This document shows positions 12,743 through 24,485 of a DNA stretch of 64,000 bases, one piece after another. Numbering within the stretch: the first letter of the stretch is position 1; each line of letters opens with the position of its first letter. Under the pieces are notes generated by a model that saw nothing but the letters and a program-made list of their open reading frames with translations, had not been told where the DNA came from and searched no databases. The position numbers were made by a program, and so were the translations under genes. This DNA is from Stegostoma tigrinum (taxonomy: Eukaryota), in the NCBI RefSeq assembly GCF_030684315.1, contig NC_081396.1, positions 1,922,001 to 1,986,000 on the forward strand. Reading direction: 5' to 3'.

Positions 12743-15700
12743 TTACAGTTTCTCCACGTTCATGCCGATTTTGGTGACTTTCATTGTCGGTAAGAAGTTT
12801 TACACTGAAGTATACGGTTCAACTTCTCCATCACTAAGTGTGAACCAAACCGGTATTCTTTTCAATACGTATGAGGCATTGGTTGCATTCTCCTTGAGCT
12901 ATTATGAAACGATTTCCTCTCTGTCTTGCAAGAAGAAGAAAGGGACACAACGTGTAAAAAATAAAAATGGAGTGATGATCTCAGCACTATGAGATAATCA
13001 TTTTCAAAACGAACAATCAAAACGGTGATACTTCAAAACAGCCTGAATAATGATCCAAAAGAAAACTTAAGGGAATTCTGTCTTTGCCTTAGAATAGGGA
13101 GTTTTTGAATCAGACTGTATCGTCATGAAGGGGATGTCAGATAAACAGATGACGAAGGTATGGAAAGATGGGCATGCAAAATCAGAACATTGGGTAACTT
13201 GGATTCTCTTTTGCATCGCTAACGCTGACATTGGCCAGTTTTTTCTGACGTAGGCTTATACTGAAAGGAAAAAAAATACAAAAATTCCTGTAAGAACTGC
13301 AACCAGAAGCATCACCAATTGGAGCGGAATTAAAACTATTTCTCACTCAAAAAAGCCATCTTCAGAACTGCATTTGTGGGAGTATGGTGCTCCTTGTGAT
13401 TTTTTGTTTTAATATGTTTAAATCCTGTACAATTTCATTGTACACCGAATGTCAGTTTTTTTTTAATATGTCAGTTTGAAATTTCAACTGAACCTCTAAG
13501 TCATCATTCTTGCTTTCTCTAACATTGCCTTTCAGGTCTGAGTGATGGTGTTTCTGTTACTCAGTGAGAGCCCTCATTCACTCAAACAAAGGGAAAATAT
13601 GTATCTTTAACCTGCACGTACATCGGTAATGTTTATTACTTGTTCTAGTACCGCCAGTCCCGTGGAAGAAAGCCTGAGTTCACAGACTGGGCTTTTGAGA
13701 GTAGAGCAGCGCGAGCCGGGCGGACGTGAGGTCAGGGCAGAGAGGCAGTTGGGAAGGTAAGTGAGTGGTATTTAAGTACTTACCTCGAAGCCAGCGGGTC
13801 CTTTTTGCTGCGGAGTGCTATTTAAGTAGATGTGTGCTTAGACCCAGGTCCTACACGGTAGGGCCTCCCTTCCACCCTCCTCCTCTAACCTAACTAAGAG
13901 TCCACAGAGTCACAGCAAGCACACAAAGGCTGAGGGAAGTGCCTGGTGAGTAAAGTGCGAGTTTTCGGTGAGGATGCACAGTCAGGAGATAACGCCACTG
14001 TTGAAGAGGGTGAAGACATGACTGCCAAGCTGATTCAGTGTGCTGCATGCATGATGCGGGAGGTCAGGGACACTGATGATGTTTCTGGCTCCTATAACTG
14101 TGGTAAGTGTGTACACATTTGGCTTCTGAAGGAGGTTGTTGCAGCACTGAAGAAAGAACTAGAAGACATCAGGCTCATCCGAGAGAATGAGAATTTTCTG
14201 GACAGGACCTTCAGCAGGTCACTACACCGAGGATACCTGAAGAGAGATGGGGGATGTCGATGACAAAGGAAGACATGAATGAAGTACAAATGACCCCAGG
14301 GGAAGCATCTATTGTAAACAGGCTGACTGTCTTGGAAACTGCCGAGACAGACGACACTGCCAGTCTGAGAGGTGGACAGGTCTGCAAGTCAAAAATTGCT
14401 GTAGAGGCAGAGCCAAGAAGTCAGACATCACGGAGAGCTGTGGTAATAGGGGACTCCATTGTGAGAGGGACTGACAGGGGTTTCTGCAGCAACAGGCGAG
14501 ATTTGAGGATGGTGTGTTGCCTTCCTGGTGCCAGGATCCAGGACGTCACCGATAGAGTGCAGAGAGTCCTCGAGGGTGAAGGTGAAGACCCAGAGGTGGT
14601 GGTGCATGTCGGCACTAATGACATTAGGAAGAAAAGGAGGAGCATTCTACAGCAGGACTTCAGAGAACTCAGAAGAAGGCTGAAAAGCAGGACTTCCAGG
14701 GTGGTTATCTCTGGTTTGTTTCCAGTTCCTCGGGCTGGAGAGGCCAGGGACAGAGAGATAATCGACCTGAACGTGTGGCTGAGGGACTGGTGTCGGAAGC
14801 AAGGATTTAAATTCTTGGATTACTGGGGTATGTTTTGGGGTCAGAATAAATTGTGCAGGAGGGACGGTTTGCATCTTAATAATCGGGGGACCAACTTTCT
14901 GGGAGGCAGGCTTGCCACTGCAACACAGGTGTGTTTAAACTAAGTAATGGGGGCGAGGGGCCAAACTGGAAATTTAAGAATGAAGTTAAAGGGAAAGTGA
15001 GAATAAGAGAAGTTAAGAAGGACAACAGAATCAACAGAGCAGAAGACTCAAGAAGAGATCATACAGTATGGCCAAGTGAAATAGGGATTGATAGGAAGGG
15101 TGAGGGGAGAAACAAATTAAAAATATTATATATGAATGCACGAAGCATAAGAAATAAGATGGATGAGCTTGAGGCTCAGTTGGAAATTGGCAAGTATGAT
15201 GTTGTGGGGATAACTGAGAGGTGGCTTCAAGTCGACAGGGCCTGGGAAATGAATATTCAAGGGTATACGTGTTATCGAAAGGACAGACTGGTGGGCAGAG
15301 GGGGTGGGGTAGCCCTGTTGGTGAGGAACGATATTCGGTCCCTTGCGAGGGGAGACCTAGAGTCAGGAGATGTAGAGTCAGTATGGACAGAGCTGAGAAA
15401 TTCTAAGGGTAGAAAGACCCTAATGGGAGTTACCTACAGGCCCCCAAACAGCAGCCAGGAGGTAGGGTGCAGGTTGAATGAAGAGTTGAAATTGGCCTGT
15501 CTCAAAGGTATCACTACAGTTGTTATGGGAGATTTCAACATGCGGGTAGACTGGGAAGTATCAGGATGGTACTGGGCCCCAGGAAAGGGAGTTTGTGGAG
15601 TGCCTTCAGAGATGGATTCTTAGAACAGCTTGTACTGGAGCCTACCAGGGAGGAGGCAATTCTGGATCTGGTGTTGTGCAATGAACCGGATTTGACCAGA

Positions 15701-18186
15701 GACCTCAAGTAAAGGAGCCATTAGGAGGTAGTGACCATAATATGAGAAGTTTTAATCTGCAGTTTGAGAGGGAGAAGGGACAATCGGAAGTGTCAGTATT
15801 GCAGTTGAATAAAGGGAACTATGGAGCTATGAGGGAGGAGCTGGCCAAAGTTCAGTGGTACAATACCCTAGCAGGGATGGCAGTGGAACAACAATAGCAG
15901 GTATTTCTGGATATAATGCAGAAGGTGCAGGATCAGTTCATACCAAAGAGGAAGAAAGATCCTAATGGGAGGCGGGGGCAGCCGTGGCTGATGAGGGAAG
16001 TTAAGGACTGTATAAAAATAAAAGAGAAGAAGGATAACATAGCAAAGATGAGTGGGAAGACGGAGGACTGGGAAACTTTTAAAGAGCAACAGTGGATAAC
16101 TAAAAAGGCAATACACAGAGAAAAAATGAGCTATGAAGGAAAACTGGCCAAAAATATAAAGGAGGATAGTAAAAGCTTTTATAGGTATGTGAAAACAAAA
16201 AAAAATGGTTACCACTAAAATTGGGCCCTTGAAGTCAGAAATGGGTGAAATTATTATGGGGAACATGGAAATGGCAGATGAGTTGAATGGGTACTTTGGA
16301 TCTGTCTTCACTAAGGAAGACACAAGCAATCTCCCAGATGCAGTAGTGGCTGAAGGACCGAGGGTAATGGACGAACTGAAGGGTATTTATATTAGGCAGG
16401 AAATGGTGTTGGGTAGACTGTTAGGTCTGATGGCTGATAAGTCCCGGGAACCTGATGGCCTGCATCCCAGGGTACTTAAGGAGGTGGCTCTAGAAATTGT
16501 GGACGCGTTGGTAATTATTTTGCAGGGTTCTATAGATTCAGGGTCAGTTCCTGCGGATTGGAGGGTGGCAAATGTTGTCCCACTTTTCAAGAAAAGAGGG
16601 AGAGAGAAAACAGGAAAGTACAGACTGGTTAGCCTGACGTCAGTGGTGGGAAAGATGCTGGAGTCAATTATAAAAGATGAAATTACGATTCATTTGGATA
16701 GCAGTAACAGAATAGGTCAGAGTCAGCATGGATTTACGAAGGGGAAATCGTGCTTGACTAATCTTCTGGAATTATTTGAGGATGTATCTATGAAGATGGA
16801 TAAGGGAGGAGCCAGTGGATGTAGTGTACCTGGACTTTCAGAAAGCCTTTGATAAAGTCCCGCATAGGAGATTGGTGAACAAAATTAGGGCACATGGTCT
16901 TGGGAGCAAAATACTGAGTGGGATTGAAAATTGGCTGGCTGACAGGAAGCAAAGAGTAGTGATAAACGGGTCCCTTTCGGAATGGCAGGCAGTGACCAGT
17001 GGGGTGCCACAAGGTTCGGTGCTGGGACCGCAACTGTTTACGATATCTATTAATGATATAGACAAAGGCATTAGAAGTAATATTAGCAAATTTGCTGATG
17101 ACACAAAGTAGGGTGGCAGTGTGAAATGTGAGGAGGATGTTATTAGAATGCAGGGTGACTTGGACAGGCTAGGTGAGTGGACAGATGCGTGGCAGATGCA
17201 GTTTAATGTGGATAAATGTGTGGTTATACACTTTGGTGGCAAGAACAGGAAGGCAGATTACTATCTCAATGGAGTCAAGTTAGGTAAAGGGGAAGCAAAA
17301 CGAGATCTAGGTGTTCTTGTACATCAGTCAATGAAAGCAAGCATGCAGGTGCAGCAGGTAGTGAAGAAAGCTAATAGCATGCTTGCCTTCATCACAAGAG
17401 GATTTGATTTTAGGAGCAAAGAGGTCTTTTGGCAGCTGTTCAGGGACCTGGTGAGACCGCACCTGGAGTATTGTGTGCAGTTTTGGTCTCCCGATTTGAG
17501 TAAGGACATTCTTGCTATTGAGGGAGTGCAGCGAAGGTTCACAAGGTCAATTCCTGGAATGGCGGGACTATCATGTGTTGAAAGATTAGAGCGACTGGGC
17601 TTGTATACTCTTGAGTTTAGAAGGATGAGGGGAGATCTGATTGAGACGTATAAGATTATTAAGGGATTAGACACTGTGGACGCAGGAAGCAAGTTTCCGC
17701 TGATGGGTGAGTCCAGGACCAGAGGACACAGTATAAAATAAGGGGTACGCCAAATAGAACAGAGGTGAGGAAAAACTTCTTCACCCAGAGAGTGGTGGAT
17801 ATATGGAATGCTCTGCCGCAGAAGGCAGTGGAGGCCAACTCTCTGGATGCTTTCAAGAAAGAGACAGACAGAGCTCTTAACGATAGTGGAATCAAGGGTT
17901 ATGGGGATGAGGCAGGAACAGGATACTGATTGTGGATGATCAGCCATGATCATAATGAAAGGTGGTGCTGGCTCGAAGGGCCGAATGGCCTACTCCAGCA
18001 CCTATTGTCTATTGCCTGTTGAACTAAGAAGGATTTTGCTCAGAAGCGGTTTTCTAGTACAGTCCAGCAGTCAGATAAGTCGTACCGATTGACGATCTCG
18101 GATCTGCTGCTGTTTGACACCACTGTCTGTTACTGTGTGGCGACCCTCACAGCCATGGGAACAATTGACAGTCTCATACAATAACT
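12743..18186 (+). pseudogene. TCR V pseudogene (paralogue of 49176-50290) split by a CR1 insertion
   Basis: Leader ends G|GTAAG at 12789 and the start codon is lost. The 5' half at 13536-13704 reads LSDGVSVTQ*EP...LTCTYIGNVYYLF*YRQ. The 3' half at ~18017-18147 reads DFAQKRFSSTVQQSDKSYRLTISDLLLFDTTVCYCVAT. RSS CACAGCC-23-ACAATAACT at 18148-18186. Confidence 0.9.
13705..18016 (+). mobile_element. Near full-length CR1-clade LINE (degenerate ORF1 + ORF2)
   Basis: ORF1 has a CxxC..CxxC finger and an SGNH esterase (VIGDSIVRG, HVGTND, DGLHLN). ORF2 has an APE endonuclease (YMNARS, GDFN, SDH) and RT ([17 protein letters not shown]). Stops and frameshifts are present; 3' tail CTATTGTCTATTG. Confidence 0.95.
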
Positions 18187-18549
18187 GCTGTAGTTTTCTG
18201 GGTCACAGCTGTTGCCAGTTGAGGGTTGTTTACAACGGGTTTCACACGCTGATCATTCGTACATTTCTGTGCAAGAAAGCTTCGAGCATAATTCCTATGC
18301 ACATCATTTCAAATCATTCACATGAATTATTGATTCTCACATTGACTCTGGCAGTTTAAAGGAGCAAACATCTGCATTTGTTTGTGTAAATCGCTGAAAT
18401 CGCAACTGCCAGGAAGAAAACAAATGCTTCATGTATAACGAGATGTATCCTTGCCTGACAGTATGAGAAAGACCTCGTTGCAAAGGAGCTCGTAGTTTTT
18501 AGTTGAAATATGGGTGCAAGACCTAATAATTATTATACACTGAGTGCAG

Positions 18550-18885
18550 ATCTCTCAATGTTAAAAGAATTTACACATATTAATTCCAAATATAGATATT
18601 ATTAGCAGGCTCAAGGGAAATGTTATCGTGATACAGCGAAAAGGTAATCAACAGAGAGAAATACAACTGTCATCTGCGACACAGACCTGGTGAGCTCCTG
18701 GTTCTCGAATGATTACTGGATGACCAGACACCAGACTGAGGTCAAAAGCCAAGCTGAAAACATAACAGAAAAATTGAAGGAATTGTTTTTGAAAATCTAG
18801 ATGAACCAGATGAGGATGATACTGCTGTTGTCATTTTAGAACACATCCCGCAGTGATCTGTAGCTGTTGTTCTGTCCAATGTCTT
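18550..18885 (+). pseudogene. Highly decayed V remnant
   Basis: IISRLKGNVIVIQ / RHRPGELLVLE*LL / KELFLKI / EDDTAV, followed by heptamer-like CGCAGTG. Confidence 0.45.
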
Positions 18886-19133
18886 TGCCAGGTAAAACAC
18901 AATGTTAGGTTTTGTAGAGTCAACAGTAATTGGATAACAACGCATTTGATTTACAAGTTGAGCACTCTCTAATCACATATTGACTTTTTTTTTTCAAAAT
19001 GTATTCAACGGAAGTGAGGAGAGGAAATCTTGCCCATTGCTGCACTTATGTGTTTCGTTTGGTAATTACTTTAGTTTATTTCAATTCAGCACATTCTGGT
19101 CTAATGTTAGGAAGTAAATACTATTCCCAACTC

Positions 19134-19690
19134 TACCAGTGACAGGATGCCTTCTGGTTCCTGTTAATGTGTCGCTCAACCCGCAGTAATACAACGCATT
19201 TCCAGACAGTTGTACCTCAGCAATGGTGAAATTCCCCGTCAGCTTTTCAAGCCCGCAGAGATGCAGAAAATCGAACGCGAATGACAATTCCTCTGATGAC
19301 ATTTCTGTATTTATGGATGAAGATGAAGAATGTCGATATTTGACGGGGGCACTGACAATCCAGTTGCAAAGCAAATCAATCACCTCTGATTGAACAGCAG
19401 AAATGAATAGTCACTGCATTTTCTTCCTTTGGTATGTCTGTAACCAGTCCTTGTGAGATGGAGAATGTGCAAACAACAACTGCAGAAAATTGAAAAGACA
19501 AGGGTTTAAAAAGGATTCTTATAATTAATGTTAACAAATTTAGTGCATACATTTTAATGCAGAGCACCACGGGCAAAAAAGAAGTTTTCTGTCCCCATAT
19601 TGCACAAAAAGAACAATTTGCGACTCAGAAGCTTACCAGTTAAGAAAACCATAGCAATTATGAATGATTAGATTGTAAGAGCCGAAATAT
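19134..19690 (-). pseudogene. TCR V pseudogene
   Basis: Leader-like ...IAMVFLT G|GTAAG at ~19636 and acceptor ttttctgcAG. Reads VVCTFSISQGLVT...KEENAVTIH ... RFSAS ... FTIAEVQLSGNALYYCGLS, then CACATTA + 23-nt spacer with a decayed nonamer. Confidence 0.75.
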
Positions 19691-20386
19691 TTAGAATGCT
19701 AATGGTGGGTTTAAGTAGATGGAGCTGAAACTGAATAGTCTCAGCTGAGACCTGATGGTGGCTTTAAGCTAAATAGTTTCAACTCAGCTTTGGGAAGATG
19801 TTGAGTGTTATCTTAAATCACTGCTGACTGGCTCTGTCGTAGCAGGAACACCACGCATCACCCAAACAACTCACAACGCCTCTGTTCTGAAGTCAATGAA
19901 ATCAAACAGCAAGTCGCAGAAACGCACAAAATGTGGTTCAAAACAAAAACCAATTGGCCCTTTAAACCTGCTTGGCTGTAAAATTGAGCACTTTGTAATT
20001 TCTGATGCAACCAGTCTCCTGCATAAACTTTTCAATCCTTTTCCCATTAATATCACCACTCATTCGACATAGTCTGAAGTGAACTGAAAACGGCTGCTCT
20101 CCGTGTTGTAACAGAAGTTAGAAATGGGAATTAATGCCAACGCAGGTTCTTAAAAGTGTTAATCCATAAATTTGGCCAGTGATACTTAACAATGGACGTT
20201 GTTGTGGTTTGGATGCATGAAACAGGTTGTATCATAAGCAATAAATATTAGAGAGAAGGATTCTCCGCAGAAAACAACGCAGAAAACGATCTGGGGAACA
20301 ACTGGCTGTTTTAAGTTTCTTATAAAATTAATAATGCACAATGGGGATCACACATCCGAACCAGTGACTCAGTGCGTTATGGTTTT

Positions 20387-20710
20387 CTTTTTATTAAACG
20401 AACTGACAGTGCCTCTGTCACGGTGTGGTAATCAGTGCGCCATAGAACATTGTAGCGTAGATGACAAGACCGCAGTATGTTATTCAGCTGTTTTCTATGT
20501 CTAGATTAATGGAAATCCGGCCAGATAGCCCTATAAACATATTTCCCTTTCACTTGCCAAATTGTGCTGTCTGCCAAGCAATAAATGTACATCTCATTGT
20601 GGAATTTAGGTCAAGATCTTTGTGGCATTTTGTACTTTTCATGATATCAATGTCAGAGTTCAGGGTATTACGATTGTTACTTTAGTTTTGTCTTTTTTTT
20701 TACTGTCCTA
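20387..20710 (-). pseudogene. Highly decayed V remnant
   Basis: GLSGRISINLDIENS ... ATMFYGALI (cf. SAMYYCAL), followed by CACCGTG-23-AATAAAAAG. Confidence 0.5.
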
Positions 20711-21184
20711 TTAAACATGAAGGGAAAATTATTTCAGAGCTTAGAAATTCCTGTTCTAATTCACTCCCTCTGAACTTCATGGGTGTGAATGATATCAGAA
20801 CTCATGTACATATTTCTATTCCGCGTTTATCGTACTCTTTCATCAATTTCCTGTCAACAGTCATAGCAATAATTGGACGTCAAACTATTTCCTACTGCTC
20901 CAGCAACCAGATATAGTAGTGATATCAATAATTAAGACTATCTTCATTGAGACCCATGTAATCATCTTTACCATTCTTTCATATTTTACATCAGGTGTGG
21001 GAGAGTGGAATTTTATCGACAAGAAATACCCACCCTGTCATGAGTTAATGATGAGGAGGTGCTAAGAGAGAGTTCTGTTTTATACTTCTCTAGTCTCTTT
21101 GTTTTTTGAGAGGGAAACATTCAGTTGTAGGCGAATTACAAGTCGTTGTTGCATTTTTGTTTCTGATCTAACCAATCACAAGAG

Positions 21185-21420
21185 TGCACCGGCAGCAGTA
21201 ATCTCTCTTATTGAACAATTCAGAAAGGATAACACGCCACAAAGAGAACAGTGGGCTTCCAAATGCAATATCAAAAGAAAGAAAGTGTGCAATGGCTATC
21301 GATAACAGCCACAGTTATGGCACAGAAATAGTGAAGCCGGGATCTGAAGAAGTCTGTCTACAATTGGCACGTTTGCAATGTTGACTGCTGAAGACCAACT
21401 AAAGCAGTAGCATGAGTGGA
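21185..21420 (+). pseudogene. Possible V remnant
   Basis: SLIEQ...KCN...(W)YR*QP ... LTAED, in the order expected for FR1-FR3; no RSS recognised. Confidence 0.3.
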
Positions 21421-22094
21421 CAGGAGGCATAAAGCGACTCAAGTAATACAACGTCATCGAGTAGGTAATCATTTAAATTATTTTACCTGCATCAATTTGA
21501 AATGCGTAATTCCATTGTTTTTTTTTCAGCTCTGCATTTTCTAAAGCTCATTAACTTTTCAACTGATGACAGTTTCCTTTTGCGATTTAGCATGGAATCC
21601 TTACATCCTGTTATTTTCATCACTCTGTTTCAGATATTTTAAAGATCATATTGTCATAAACATAAACTATCTTTCACTGCAATCGTCCTTGTCTGAAACA
21701 TTGTTGATTTGGATGTGCTCCATCAAGTGAAATTGGACGATCAAAAGGGCATAACTTTGAACACACAGTCTTAATCCGATCCTCTTTGTCAAAACGAGAG
21801 TAACCTCATTTTCTTTTTTCAACTCAAACACATTCATGTCAGCTGTAATGCTGGTCTACATATTTTCCAAACAACCTTCAGGTGTGGGATTTAACACCTT
21901 TGGATCAGAGGAGATTTCCTTGCTTCCAGGTACAAATACAGCTAATCATACTCTTATAGCTGTTTCTTTATTTCCCAAACAACATTCCCAGGGGTATTGT
22001 TACACTTTAACTTGAACCGGAGCCTTCTGTCCTAATAGTACTTTGCCCAAACCCCAAATGCTTATTCTCCGTTGTTGATATTTTTAAGTATTCA

Positions 22095-22410
22095 TGCGAT
22101 GTTGGCATCGCCAGCTTGACCAATATTTACCATCCCTCTGTATTTTCAAGAGGGCTCTTGAAAATCAACCACATTGCTATGGTTCTGGAGTCATGTGTCG
22201 ACCAGACAAGACAAGAATGTCCGTTTTATTCTCTAACTAACATGAAAGAACCATGTGCGTTTTCTGATAATCGACAATGGAGTCATGGTAATCATTGGAC
22301 TCCTAAATCAAGATTTTCCTTGGATTCAAAGTGTGGGTTTCGAATCGGTTACCTATATCTCTGGATTAACAGTCCTGCGATAATACCACTCAAAGATCAC
22401 ATTCCATATT
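22095..22410 (-). mobile_element. Shark SINE fragment (possibly Deu-domain/SacSINE1-like)
   Basis: TCAACCACATTGCTATGGTTCTGGAGTCA...GACAATGG resembles a common shark SINE core; family assignment from memory. Confidence 0.45.
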
Positions 22411-22703
22411 GCTCGGGATTGGGAACTTACTGTTTGCTGAAAGTCAATGTTTTAAATTGCAAACGAATGACAGTCAGATATAAATATCAGTAGTAATAAA
22501 TTCTCAGCCCAAGCAACACCAATTTTTTTTTTAAAAGTTGTGGGATAGCCTTTTTCATGTTTCTGCTTTGTTACAATCACCAGTAGACCCTGTAAATGTT
22601 CATTGATTCGTTCAGACTTTAATTAACCAGTCACACTCAAGAAGACTGCCTCACCACTGTGTAATGTGACAGGCGCAAGAAAGCCAAGAGGCATCTCGAG
22701 TTG

Positions 22704-22713
22704 TGTGACGTCA
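22704..22713 (+). promoter_or_regulatory. CRE/decamer promoter element TGTGACGTCA
   Basis: Perfect CRE followed by CATAAAT, an ATG at 22755 and a GTAAGT donor at 22802; possibly the promoter and leader of the 23277 V remnant. Confidence 0.4.
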
Positions 22714-23276
22714 AAAAAGCCGGATATTCATAAATGTGTGAGGTTACAACGAGGATGTCTCCCTTCAGTGAGGCAGCGGCTAATTGGCCTGTACAGCTGC
22801 AGTAAGTAAGCTGACAGCTGGGTTGACCTTGTGCGGTGTTTCAGGTCACAATAGGCCAGGCATCCTTCAGTAACAGAGGTCAATATGGACTTTTCGCGCT
22901 GCAGGATATTCCATGAAAATGGGCACGGCACCTACACTGTCTTGGTGAGCTCATAATCACGATTAATGAGTTGAACAGAATCTGGGTTCTTACTCTTCTT
23001 TGCAACTCATTGTCATTCCTTTTTAATTTACCGACAGAGATGCACTCTGAAATGTTTAGAGTCATTGGTGTCTTTTTTTGAAGAGAGCCTGTTTATGTTA
23101 ATAAGGACACATTTTTAAGTAATTCTTCAACGTTTGATATTGTGTCTTGTGTAGTTATCGATGCAAAATTTCCATATGAAGAACAGCTAGGATGCCTAGA
23201 GGCTCCATACAATTGCGCTTGTACAAATATGCTTGGATGGTTATTGCTAACTAATTGATATTTTTCTCCTCTGTAT

Positions 23277-23617
23277 GTGCAATTGGACTATGAGGACGTT
23301 GAGGAACTCACAGTCTCTGGAAATCAGAGTCGTAGCTGTAGGTTATCTTTGAATTTGGATTACAATAAAATCAACCTGGACGCAAGCTACATGCAGTACT
23401 GTCTGTAGAAAATTATCCACCTCCCAATACAGAATTTAAACAAAGTCGTAATATTAGAAAATAAGGAAGTTTCAGGACCACGCATATAGCAGCTGCTGAA
23501 AACTGAAATAAACACCGTTATCTCATTATAAGCATTCTGACAGTGAAAGGTATGGTGACCTATTACTATTCTGTGAAGCATAACAAAGATAAAAACCAAA
23601 ACCCCGGACAACAAAAT
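23277..23617 (+). pseudogene. Decayed V pseudogene with IgH-like motifs
   Basis: SQSLEIRVVAVG / SLNLDY-NKINLDASYMQYCL*K / KFQD / RYLIISILTVKGMVTYYYSVK. The last block converts to DTATYYCAV by single-base changes. A branch point and pyrimidine tract lie upstream; the RSS is degenerate. Confidence 0.6.
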
Positions 23618-24229
23618 GTTCGAATCACAATATCTCAAAAATATTTTTCATTTACATTCACACTTGACTGACAATGCAACGTTATTCAGAACATGTAAAG
23701 GCTTCGCTGATTGGCAGATGGTGACATTAGTTCCATGCTCGGTTTGAAATTATTCAGAATGTTCAGATGTTTGCACGTGCTGAAAATGGCCCGAATAGCA
23801 CCGTGTTTTAAATTCTGGGGCCGCTACGAATCTAGGACACATTGTCCCAAGGACACAAGAGCAAAGTGACAATACTGGATCCTTGAATGTCACCGTCTGA
23901 ACGTCAACAATATGGCAGATTTTCTGCAGAAATGAGAAGATTTACAGCTCGTCATTGATCAATGGTACTTCTCATTGGGCTCTATATTAATTGCAGGCAT
24001 TTTTTGAATGAACTTTTCAGAGGTCTTTTCACACTTCCTTCGAGGAGGTAAAACTTGATTTCAAGTTCACTGCATCCGGGCTGAGATGTGATAAGATCCC
24101 TTATGCTAGACGATGCATTAATGTATCACAGGACATTTAACTGCTCTGGTGGAAAAAGCTCAAAAGTGTGGTTTCTCCACGTGGGTAGCAATCACTGATC
24201 AGGGCAATGAAACCCCTGTGCACTACCAG

Positions 24230-24485
24230 CAGCATCTGCCAGGTATATCTGTAGCTAGAGTGCAATAAAATGCACTCTTCCATCTGGCAGATTAACTCCC
24301 AGAATCTTCAATTCATTTACTTTTCTATTTACAATTGCAGGGTATATTCCTTGAACATATAGTGAAGGCATTTATATTGCTTTTTGCAACTTGCTGCATT
24401 TCATGTAGCAATATTAATGCGAATCTCAGACAGTGACATCTCCAAATTCTCGAACGAAATTCGTTTCAATAGTATCAAGTTCCTG
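24230..24485 (-). pseudogene. Possible V remnant
   Basis: ELKILGVNLPDGRVHFIAL* resembles FR3 (LKI...LSDSAVYFCAL); acceptor-like acaacAG at ~24483. Confidence 0.35.

Noticed and set aside
22915-22952. J-like GHGTYTVL followed by GTGAG
   Set aside because: No F/W before GxGT, a residue missing, and no credible upstream 12-RSS.
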